Shown here: positions 56,501-64,000 of the stretch, one piece after another
Numbering within the stretch: the stretch's first letter is position 1
How the letters are laid out: each line of letters begins with the position of its first letter
From: Lentimicrobiaceae bacterium
Lineage (GTDB): Bacteria; Bacteroidota; Bacteroidia; Bacteroidales; UBA4417
DNA length: 64,000 nt
Assembly (NCBI GenBank): GCA_031550085.1
Contig: JAVBOY010000004.1
Location: forward strand, 306 to 64,305
Direction: 5' to 3'
Program-made: the position numbers and the translations under genes
Notes under the pieces: generated by a model
What the model was told of the DNA's origin: nothing
The model's database searches: none
Seen by the model: only the letters and a program-made list of their open reading frames with translations

Positions 56501-57775
56501 TTCGTCATCCACAATGCCGTTTGCAAAGTTCACCCCATTGATGCTTTCGTCGCAAATGGTTTGCGGGTTATAGTAAACCCACGCCCCGTTTTGCCAAACC
56601 GAATCGTAGGTTTTGTTTTCATCAAATTTCATATTATCCAACCCATCCGGATCCATATAAGGCCCCTGAAAAAAGTCGACTCCAATGGCCGGCGGATTTT
56701 CACCATACGCATAAATCTGGTTGTCTCCGTCAACCGGATCTCCGTTATAGCAATAGCCCAGCCCTCTTCTTACATCGCAACCCACATAATCATCCCAACC
56801 ATCTCCCAAGTCAGTATCCACCCATTGGCAAAAGTAGGTCTCCGTTAACGTATAGGTCGAACGGTTGATCAACTCAAACGAATAGAACGTCATGTTGTTG
56901 ATCTCATCGGCCGTCGTAAATCCAAAGGCTTGCGCGCGGATTTCCATCCCGATCTGGTTGGCGGCTCCACCTCCCGATTCATTATGGAGATTGCCCCGGT
57001 CGTTAAACACCCACCACAAGGTTTCATCCCCTTTCAATACCTGGTCTACCAAAATCCCATTTCCTTCCATCGTCGGTATTTGCGTATGACACAAGTCATT
57101 CGCTAAATCGTAATAAGGATAATCTCCGCTTGCCGGATTATAGGTACCGTCGCCATCCGCATCAAAGAACGGAGCCATATAATAGCTTTGACGTTTAGCC
57201 GTATTCCCGTGTGCCGGATAGTCCGTGATAGCTGAGGGTATTTGATAGTTTGGAATGGAGCTGTTATCCGCATACCAGGTAATAAAATCATCCACCTGGG
57301 CCCGGGTAATGGCATGCAACTTATCCCATTCCTGGCAGGTTTCAACATCGATCGAAGCAGTATTGTCTACCGTTAGGGGACCCGGATAAAAGTCGACCAG
57401 GGATCCTGCCGCACGGTTAGATCCACCAGGACCCGAACGGTAACGCTGGGCGGCCACTTTAAGCTGGCCGGCCACATCCTTCCCTCCAATCCACAAGGCC
57501 GAGGAGAACATGGAAGTTTTTTTCGAATTCTTGGGAACTTCATATTGTGCGGTTTCAAAATCCCACCACATATCGCCCCCGGAATTGATCCGTGCACGCA
57601 CATTGTTCAGCTCAAGCCATTTAAATGCCCGGCCCGGCAAACATCCTGCCGCTGTTGATTTTATTTCATCTGATGATTTTGGTTCCGATTTGTAGCCCAC
57701 CCACTTCTCAGCATACATGGGGCCAGCCAATAAAAAGGACAAAACCAATAAAGTAAATCGAGTGATATTTTTCAT
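53522..57775 (-). CDS. 1417-aa T9SS cargo of unknown function with a PorZ/PorU-like CTD
   Basis: Signal peptide; LELNNVRARI..GDMWWD, LWIGG, WVFNDRG, WVDTDLG..DDYVGCD; CTD INVVPNPY..WDLKN..GIPIASGMYLVHV. Confidence 0.8.
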   Translation of the reverse strand: MKNITRFTLLVLSFLLAGPMYAEKWVGYKSEPKSSDEIKSTAAGCLPGRAFKWLELNNVRARINSGGDMWWDFETAQYEVPKNSKKTSMFSSALWIGGKDVAGQLKVAAQRYRSGPGGSNRAAGSLVDFYPGPLTVDNTASIDVETCQEWDKLHAITRAQVDDFITWYADNSSIPNYQIPSAITDYPAHGNTAKRQSYYMAPFFDADGDGTYNPASGDYPYYDLANDLCHTQIPTMEGNGILVDQVLKGDETLWWVFNDRGNLHNESGGGAANQIGMEIRAQAFGFTTADEINNMTFYSFELINRSTYTLTETYFCQWVDTDLGDGWDDYVGCDVRRGLGYCYNGDPVDGDNQIYAYGENPPAIGVDFFQGPYMDPDGLDNMKFDENKTYDSVWQNGAWVYYNPQTICDESINGVNFANGIVDDERFGMRKFLYHNNSSGGMGDPGTAQQYYNYLIGIWKDGTPMQYGGNGHSGNGVTGIKCDFMFPGTTDDFCHWGTGGVNPNYANWTEEKEKNAPSDRRFMQSAGPFTLKPGAVNYITVGIPWARATSGGPYASVELLKQADDKCQMLFDNCFKVISGPNAPDMTIRELDKEIIILLSNRETPDAGNNYNESYVEYDPRIIEGDSAYRFEGYKIFQLLNSSVSAADLDNLNLARLVYQCDVKNGVTDLINYVYDADLQGLIAKKYVRDATDAGIHHAVSLKLDAFENTRLVNHKQYYYMAVAYGYNCFKPYKQDAAPVPGEPQTPAYDGQKEPYLQGRKNLKVAVGIPHAPVGVLLHSGFGTGVEVTRIAGQGNGGNALDLTDATVADVMRKKPPVGGTQFSDTANYPITYYPTYKAGKGPINVRVVDPLNVIGATFELTFDSLVTKEITTPKGGKTTIQDGNWTLIKTSNTERGDTIQAAAALTVFNEQVFLKYGIAITIEQVFYPESKVTGTVTGTTDPLVETLAFQNGYISSEMSFADSTKIWLTGIQDAPYYLDEYQYGFNWIRSGSYSDAAGTKSDWNMLAKTPYDPDKYYEKVLGGWWSPYNLAASANDDPQKCGPADPTNTNGSKKGFNPVDLASVYVVLTSDKTKWTRCVVIELCPDVLKAENGGRAFFPRAHKSVNINGETDKESSDPSLNSNFIDSTGMGWFPGYAINMETGERLNIMFGENSSLTEDNGRDMLFNPTSNYLNSQDGTPILGGQHYIYVMAHVENKAYMSRTNPDYDNPAYDYGATLRKKLMMTTLPWRVHEVQWSNCMWTAIPMAMPNVNFLACDVTIKLNVGKPYARYASIPQALAGIPTSENDYWPKYRFTTNDVPADFTNKPKKVSDLDKINVVPNPYKAGSTYETSNVDNRVRIINLPQKCVVKIYSVDGNLIREYKKDSSGASIDWDLKNQAGIPIASGMYLVHVKVDGVGEKTVKWFGVTRAVDFSGF

Positions 57776-57807
57776 TTTTTTATTTGTTATGTTGCAAATT
57801 CGTTTTT

Positions 57808-60800
57808 CTAAAAGTTTAGCGACAGGCCCACCCGGATGCGCCGCGGAGCTGCATAATTATAGGGGTTATCGATGTAAATGGCATACAAATCGCGGTAAGA
57901 TGCCGCCGATGTCTGGCTATTGATCAGGTCTTGGTATTCGGGAGATACCAAATATCCATCATCATCCGGATTCCCGGTAGCCGCATATACATTGGTTACA
58001 TTCAGCGTATTCAAAATATTCAGGATCTGGAAATACACATTGATTGAATACATTTTGGGTTGTCCGTTTCTATCCTTTCCGGAAGCAATGATAAAGTCCT
58101 TATCGATCCGGCCGTCAAACGTATAAGTCCACGGCATGCTCGAACCATTCACCGATCCTACGATAAGTCCCCCACCGCCGGGTTTTGTCCTCCGGGTGTA
58201 AGGAGTTCCCGATCCGGCATTGGCCGTGATGTTCACTCCAAAGTTTTTCAAGATTTGTTTGTCTCCGACCATCGGACCGTTGTAGTCATTTCCTTCGCCG
58301 TAACGGAAATCGACATTGGCACTAAATGCATGCCGTTGGTCAAAATTTAAGGGGATCAAGGTTCTCAAATTGGGTTGTCCGGAACGAATCAAAGCACCGG
58401 CAATTCCATCATCCGAATTGGATCCCGTTCCATTGGCGAATTGTAAGGTATATTGCGCCCTCATACGCAAATTAGACGTACGGCGCAAATCAAAAGATAG
58501 CGTAAGCCCTTTTACTGTTCCAAAATCGATGTTGTTAAAGGAATAATAGGTTCTCGGATAAGCGGCCGTATAACGGTAGTTTTGAACCATATTCCGCATT
58601 TCACGGTAAAATGCTGAAATATTTAAGGATGAAGTATTTGAAAGCCGTTGTTGATAGCCCAATTCGTAGTCAATCGTCTTCTCGGGTTTCAGATTGGGAT
58701 TTGGAATAGCATCCGATCCGGTAAACTTTCCGGTTGAAAGGAATAAATAATCTTGCGGATCAAATACATTGAATGATTTGGGGCGTTGGGTAAGCACATC
58801 GTAGTGTGCATAAAACAAAGCCTCATCCGAAATCGGAAATGAAAACGCAATCCGGGGCATTAGGGAAATTTGGGGTTGGTAATCTTCAAAAGACTTACTA
58901 TTTAGGACATCATTTCCGGGCTGAACCAAAAACGGAATAACGCCGTTTCCTGCATCCAAACCACTTTTTTCAGGATCACTTACCACATTCCCCGCACGGT
59001 CAAACCAAGTGTTTCCACTTCTAAATCCCGTAATTACGGAAGGTTTGTCACTTTTATCGCTCACATAAACCACATAGTCATTCCCCATGTTGCTTGGGAT
59101 CTCATTCCAATAATTGGATAGTTCCGAATTGGATAAAACATCCGCCACCGTTCTTGCCGGGTATAAGGTATAGGGGTCTTTCAACACCGGTTGATTGGCA
59201 TCGAAGCGATCAATACGCAGCCCTACCGTAACCACGATATCATCGAAAGAGAATTTATCTTGAATATAGCCCGCCATATAAATGGGTTGGTAAGGGGCTA
59301 CCGACCTCAAATAATTCCCATTTTCCTGATTGGTAAAATAATCATCCAAAGAAGGTTTGGATTTTAACTTATTTCCATAATAATCGTATCCTCTTGCTGC
59401 CGCTAACCCATTATTAATCAACTCATCCGGGCTAAACATATCCACAGAGAGTTTGCCATTCAATTTGACATTTTGATGCCAAACGTAATCCTTATCATAA
59501 TAAGACATGGTATTGGCTACCGGATCGTAAGAATCTATATCGATCCAATCCGTTCCGTCAACCGCCAAACCCAGCAATTTTCGGAGGTTCTTATCGAAAT
59601 AATATTGGGAAGCGCCATCGTATTTCCGGTAGTAAACCGTATAGTCCGTATTATTCTGTGTGATTATATGCCCGGATTCAAGATCCAACTCGGCAATGTG
59701 CGCATTGGCATAGTTGTACATCGTTGTCCAAAATGAAGCAGCGGCATAACCGTAGGAACTCGACGTGGATTGCTCATAGACAAAGCCCAATTTTATTTCG
59801 TGGTTCCCGATATCTGCCGACCCGTTTACATTAACTGTAAACTGGGTTTGATCCACAATTTGATAAATCGACTGAGGATTTCCCGGCAAACTCCATAAAC
59901 TGCCATCCGGTCCGCTATACACGCCCCCATAAGCTCCGTTAGGCGTTTGGCTGTTAAACAATCCCCCCCCAAAACGGATAATATCTCTGTTGCTATACAT
60001 CCCTGTAGCGGAATCATACAAATTATAATAACTTTTCGTGTAATTGGTCCAGACAGGATTCAAATCGGACGGGGTAAAGCCAATATAGTAATCATACACC
60101 GCCTCCATTGTTCTCGTTGTGTCAAACTGTATCGCTTTATAAGTATCAAATTTTCCGACATACCCATAATTAAAGAGGTTTTCTTTATGCTTCTGATCTT
60201 GTGTTTTGTTGTAAACTTTAGTATAATCCGCCTGTACCGTATAATACACGTTTTTCACCAAAGAAGTACTTTCTTTATCTTGAGGGAAGCGTTGCGTAAA
60301 ACGCCCAAACACACGCCAGGTATTGTTGATGGTGTTGGCGTTGGTGTTGTAATTAAACATGGAGTTATAGCGGCTAAAATTGGTGTTATCGCTGTAATTG
60401 AAGGTTCCTCCGAAGGATAAATTCACATTCTTTCCTGCTTTCACGTCAATCTTTGCCGTCGTGCTATTAGTTAAATGGTGCGTATTATAAGTATACTTGG
60501 ATTGGTCCAAATCGCTGGCCCGGGCATATTCCGCTTGCAAACGATAGCCTTGGTTCAGCGAATAACGCAAAGGATTGGTTTCCAAAACATGTAGGAGGGA
60601 GTCGTTTGCATAGAACGATTTCAATGGCAGCACATCGCTGTTATCCAAATTAAAGTCGCTGGCAATAAAAAAGCCCAACAAGGAGTTTTTCTTTTCTTTA
60701 TCCCAGAATAAGGGGCCTTGTAAATTAAAGGATGCACGGTTGTGTTTGTAAGGATCCAAAAACTCCGAAGTTTCCAGTTCCACTCCTCCGCCAAACTGAC

Positions 60801-61479
60801 GCGACGGACCACGGGTCGTAATGCTGATAATCCCTCCGGTAGCATCCCCGTATTGAGCCGGTGTTCCTCCTAGAATTACAGCCACTTGCTCAATAGCTGA
60901 TTCAGGCAAGGCGCTGGCACCTCTCACTTTGATCCCGTCGATATAGGTAACCGTACCATCCGAACGTTGTCCCCTCATGTTAAAGGTTCCATCCGTATTC
61001 GCATGCACACCACCCACTGTTGCAACTACTGCATTGGCCGAACGGCTTGCCATCTTCGCAATTTCATCTTTGGTTACCGTGGCTCCTGAAACCGTTTTAT
61101 CCTTGTCAATGAGGGGTACCTTATAATCAAATACCTCAACCCCCGTCAAAACAGTCGCCTCGGATTCCACCTCAAACGTATAGCTTTCAATTTTATCCGC
61201 CCGGATCACAAAATCCTTAACCACTATGGTATTATAACCCACAAAACTGACTGTGATGTCGTACTTACCGGGGTCCAACGGTTTGATCCTGAATTTTCCA
61301 TCATCGTCAGAATACGCACCGTTGACAACGGATCCTCCGGCGCTAACTGATACGGTTGCAAATGCAATCGGTTCCTTCGTTTTCTTGTCGATGACTTTGC
61401 CTTCCAACGTTCCTTGACCAAATGCGGCAGAACTTGCCACAAAAAGCCAAGCAAAAGCAATGAGTAATTGTTTCATCAT
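57808..61479 (-). CDS. Large TonB-dependent receptor with an N-terminal carboxypeptidase-regulatory-like domain
   Basis: Signal peptide, G.LEGKVID..GKF.I..L.PG.Y, plug MRGQRSDGTVTYIDG, NPNLKPEKT, terminal RVGLSLNF. Confidence 0.85.
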   Translation of the reverse strand: MMKQLLIAFAWLFVASSAAFGQGTLEGKVIDKKTKEPIAFATVSVSAGGSVVNGAYSDDDGKFRIKPLDPGKYDITVSFVGYNTIVVKDFVIRADKIESYTFEVESEATVLTGVEVFDYKVPLIDKDKTVSGATVTKDEIAKMASRSANAVVATVGGVHANTDGTFNMRGQRSDGTVTYIDGIKVRGASALPESAIEQVAVILGGTPAQYGDATGGIISITTRGPSRQFGGGVELETSEFLDPYKHNRASFNLQGPLFWDKEKKNSLLGFFIASDFNLDNSDVLPLKSFYANDSLLHVLETNPLRYSLNQGYRLQAEYARASDLDQSKYTYNTHHLTNSTTAKIDVKAGKNVNLSFGGTFNYSDNTNFSRYNSMFNYNTNANTINNTWRVFGRFTQRFPQDKESTSLVKNVYYTVQADYTKVYNKTQDQKHKENLFNYGYVGKFDTYKAIQFDTTRTMEAVYDYYIGFTPSDLNPVWTNYTKSYYNLYDSATGMYSNRDIIRFGGGLFNSQTPNGAYGGVYSGPDGSLWSLPGNPQSIYQIVDQTQFTVNVNGSADIGNHEIKLGFVYEQSTSSSYGYAAASFWTTMYNYANAHIAELDLESGHIITQNNTDYTVYYRKYDGASQYYFDKNLRKLLGLAVDGTDWIDIDSYDPVANTMSYYDKDYVWHQNVKLNGKLSVDMFSPDELINNGLAAARGYDYYGNKLKSKPSLDDYFTNQENGNYLRSVAPYQPIYMAGYIQDKFSFDDIVVTVGLRIDRFDANQPVLKDPYTLYPARTVADVLSNSELSNYWNEIPSNMGNDYVVYVSDKSDKPSVITGFRSGNTWFDRAGNVVSDPEKSGLDAGNGVIPFLVQPGNDVLNSKSFEDYQPQISLMPRIAFSFPISDEALFYAHYDVLTQRPKSFNVFDPQDYLFLSTGKFTGSDAIPNPNLKPEKTIDYELGYQQRLSNTSSLNISAFYREMRNMVQNYRYTAAYPRTYYSFNNIDFGTVKGLTLSFDLRRTSNLRMRAQYTLQFANGTGSNSDDGIAGALIRSGQPNLRTLIPLNFDQRHAFSANVDFRYGEGNDYNGPMVGDKQILKNFGVNITANAGSGTPYTRRTKPGGGGLIVGSVNGSSMPWTYTFDGRIDKDFIIASGKDRNGQPKMYSINVYFQILNILNTLNVTNVYAATGNPDDDGYLVSPEYQDLINSQTSAASYRDLYAIYIDNPYNYAAPRRIRVGLSLNF

Positions 61480-61715
61480 GTTAAGTTAATATTTAGTTAA
61501 TCATTTAATAAAATTTTCAATAAAAAAAAGCAATCCTTTTAAAAGATTAAAAAGATGCATGTATTTTTGAGATTTTAAGGGCGTAAAAGTAGAAAATAAA
61601 AACTAGTTTCCAAGAAGCCGCTTTCGTTTTTTTTTCTTTTTTTTTAACAATTAAAGCCCTTTTTTTTAAATCTTTTTGAGTTTAAAGTTTTTACACGACT
61701 CAAAACGTCCAAAAT

Positions 61716-62150
61716 TTACTCATACCTCCGGTTTAAAATTTCGGAAGCGATCACCGCTTTTCGAAGGTCAAAATCAAAGAGCGGTTCATCCTGTGCTTTC
61801 TCCGGAAGAACTTTATTTTTCAGGTTTAAACCCTGAGGCTTTACCGGCCTACCCGGTGCAATCTCACTCACAATTTCTTCCAACGAAGCATTTTCTTCTT
61901 CGATTTGTTCCAAACTCCCCATTGCCGATAAAACCGGGGTATACTCTTTCTGGAGTTCTTTGGGATATTGCGTCACAGGCTCATCCAACGACAAAAAACG
62001 GCGTAAGATTTCGGGTATCTCTTCACCACTTCCTTGAGCTACCGGTCTCGGCGGAGCGGCTTGATTTTTCTTTTGAGACTTTTTTACCGATGCATAAATT
62101 GAATAGCCAACCCATGCTACGCCGATTAAAATATAAATGATATCATCCAT
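61716..62150 (-). CDS. Hypothetical protein with an N-terminal membrane anchor
   Basis: 144 aa, N-terminal TM, conserved-looking FDLRKAVIASEILNRRY terminus. Confidence 0.75.
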   Translation of the reverse strand: MDDIIYILIGVAWVGYSIYASVKKSQKKNQAAPPRPVAQGSGEEIPEILRRFLSLDEPVTQYPKELQKEYTPVLSAMGSLEQIEEENASLEEIVSEIAPGRPVKPQGLNLKNKVLPEKAQDEPLFDFDLRKAVIASEILNRRYE

Positions 62151-62186
62151 TTCAAATTCAATTAACTAATTTGTAAAAATGAGGAA

Positions 62187-62441
62187 TTAACCGAACATTC
62201 GTTTATTTGCCTTGTTTGCGTTTTTCTTCGTCTTTCGCATTTGCCTCTTTGTTTTGATTGTCTGCCTATCGTGTTTTTTTCGAACGTCCCGCCGGTATTC
62301 CCGTTCCAGCGCCCGATATTGTTTTTCTTCTTTCTTTTCTGCCTTATCGACCCGGCTGGGCTTAAGCAACGAACAACTCCCAAACGACAGAATGATTGAT
62401 CCTAAAATAAAAATTGTAAAAATCTGTTTTATCTTCGCCAT
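62187..62441 (-). CDS. Small basic lipoprotein
   Basis: Lipobox SFGSC followed by a Lys/Arg-rich helix. Confidence 0.6.
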   Translation of the reverse strand: MAKIKQIFTIFILGSIILSFGSCSLLKPSRVDKAEKKEEKQYRALEREYRRDVRKKHDRQTIKTKRQMRKTKKNANKANKRMFG

Positions 62442-62552
62442 AAATCTGAATACTCTTGCAATTTTTACACCGATTTACGGTTATAGTAATGAAGCTGCCT
62501 AGATTTCTTTTGTATAAAAAAAGAGGGGTGGTAAAAGTATAAATTAAAGTTC

Positions 62553-62560
62553 TAATTTTG
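62553..62560 (+). promoter_or_regulatory. -7 promoter box TAATTTTG
   Basis: Perfect TAnnTTTG 20 nt before ATG 62580. Confidence 0.6.
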
Positions 62561-62579
62561 GGAAAATTTTCCTCAAACG

Positions 62580-63023
62580 ATGAAAAAAATCTTTGTATTC
62601 GCTTGCCTGTTGGTTTTCATTCCCTTGTTTTTTTACGGTTGTAAAAAAGACTACCATTCCTCAATCCCTTACATGCCGGTAGATTGCCGGCTTTATCCCA
62701 ATTTATTTGCACATGACTACTGCCCCATTGGCACCTCAATATTGATTAACGACCGTACGGCCTGCGGCTATAAGGGGCTACTCGTGTTCCGGATTTCGGA
62801 CAGTTATTTTTTAGCATTTGATGCCTGCTGCCCGCTCGATGTGGAAAAAAGTAAACCTGCTTTGGTTATTGATGCCGGGAAATCAACAGCTCATTGCCCG
62901 ACCTGCAATACCAAATACCGGTTACTCGACGGAAATCCGGCCGGAGGAGCCACAAGCGAGTCGCTTTTACAATACAATTGTGACTGGAACGGTTCAACAG
63001 GAGAATTACGCATTTACAACTAA
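62580..63023 (+). CDS. Lipoprotein with a Rieske-like fold (atypical ligands)
   Basis: Lipobox FYGC; GYKGLLV..FLAFDACCP..AHCPTCNTKY.L.DG.P. Confidence 0.65.
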   Translation: MKKIFVFACLLVFIPLFFYGCKKDYHSSIPYMPVDCRLYPNLFAHDYCPIGTSILINDRTACGYKGLLVFRISDSYFLAFDACCPLDVEKSKPALVIDAGKSTAHCPTCNTKYRLLDGNPAGGATSESLLQYNCDWNGSTGELRIYN

Positions 63024-63068
63024 ATCCGGTAAATTATTCTCGCTTTTTAATCGCATATCCTAGACTGA

Positions 63069-63986
63069 ATGCTTCCGTTCACCCTTACCATACTTGGATC
63101 CAGTTCTGCTTCGCCCACAAGCAAGCGTAATCCGACTGCCCAACTGCTAAAATACAACGAAAATCTTTTTTTAGTAGATTGTGGAGAGGGAACGCAGGTT
63201 GCTTTGAGAAAAGCAAAAGCGAACTTGCACAAGTTGAAATATATTTTTATCAGCCATTTACATGGAGATCATTATTTCGGATTAATCGGCTTGCTTTCAA
63301 CACTTCATTTGCTGGGCAGAAAGCAGGAACTTCATGTTTTCGGGCCACCGGAATTGAAACAGATTATCGACTTGCAGCTTCATGCATCAGCAACAACATT
63401 GGTATATTCGTTGGTATTCCATCCAACACAGGCAGAATTTCCTGAAACCATATTGGAAACAAAGTGGTTACAAGTTACTTCCTTCCCACTGGTACACCGC
63501 ATTCCAACCACCGGATTTTTGTTTACGGAAAAACCCGGATTGCGCCGCATAAACAAAGAAGCGACAACCTTACTAAATCTATCACCCAAAGCATTTCAGC
63601 TTCTACAAAATGGCGATGATTGCCTGGATTCCGACGGTAATCTGCACAAAAATCCGGATTTGACTTACGATCCGCATCCGGTTCGAAGTTATGCTTTTGT
63701 TTCGGATACGGCTTTCACCGAAAGTATCGTTCCCGTTATTCAAAACGTGAATCTATTGTACCATGAAACGACCTTCTTGCATGAATTGGTTGCCGTTGCC
63801 AAAGAAAAATTTCATTCCACCACCCTGGAAGCTGCCAGCATTGCAAAAAAGGCAAACGCTAAGAAATTAATCATCGGGCACTTTTCTGCCCGGTACGAGG
63901 ATGTAATGCCTTTATTAAAAGAAGCTCAATCGGTATTTGAAAATACGTTCCTGGCCGAAGATTTTACTATTTTTGATATTGACTAA
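63069..63986 (+). CDS. rnz: Ribonuclease Z
   Basis: LGSSSASPT, DCGEGTQ, FISHLHGDH metallo-beta-lactamase motif, SDTAF, YHETTF, HST, GHFSARY. Confidence 0.96.
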   Translation: MLPFTLTILGSSSASPTSKRNPTAQLLKYNENLFLVDCGEGTQVALRKAKANLHKLKYIFISHLHGDHYFGLIGLLSTLHLLGRKQELHVFGPPELKQIIDLQLHASATTLVYSLVFHPTQAEFPETILETKWLQVTSFPLVHRIPTTGFLFTEKPGLRRINKEATTLLNLSPKAFQLLQNGDDCLDSDGNLHKNPDLTYDPHPVRSYAFVSDTAFTESIVPVIQNVNLLYHETTFLHELVAVAKEKFHSTTLEAASIAKKANAKKLIIGHFSARYEDVMPLLKEAQSVFENTFLAEDFTIFDID

Positions 63987-64000
63987 TTTTCTCAAGTTAT

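Noticed and set aside
446-63589. Most short or antisense ORFs in the six-frame track (e.g. 2627..3454 -, 10699..11625 +, 13510..14145 -, 32224..32610 +)
   Set aside because: They overlap well-supported genes on another frame or strand and show no recognisable motifs; shadow ORFs.
1-64000. tRNA, rRNA, transposase, integrase or reverse transcriptase genes
   Set aside because: None recognised by eye or in the ORF track; tRNAscan-SE and Infernal would be the decisive check.

Overview
Chromosomal segment of a Bacteroidota bacterium, probably Bacteroidales-like. Evidence: 14 perfect TAnnTTTG -7 promoter boxes, five T9SS C-terminal-domain (CTD) proteins including PorZ, and the rpmG-DUF4295-ftsY-rimO and porZ-recO gene orders. 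About 45 genes, mostly housekeeping (fabG, ndh, mtgA, recO, rimO, ftsY, rpmG, recF, polA, gcvP, greA, rnz) or envelope-related. I saw no rRNA, tRNA, CRISPR array or intact transposase/integrase. Best second-look candidates: (1) an AT-rich two-gene insert, ABC-type ATPase plus a PD-(D/E)xK-like protein (33191-35103), possibly an anti-phage module, abutting a truncated DUF559 nuclease gene; (2) a three-gene operon of a giant TonB-dependent receptor, a 1417-aa T9SS cargo and a PorV/PorQ-family barrel (52447-61479), possibly an uptake system using a T9SS-delivered surface partner instead of a SusD lipoprotein; (3) four intergenic mosaics of micro-repeat modules with shared order and strand polarity; (4) two four-unit arrays with exact 22-bp periodicity; (5) an adhesin with 11 near-identical 85-aa repeats; (6) a candidate structured leader RNA and a greA leader terminator. 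Family names come from motif recognition and memory, not database searches.
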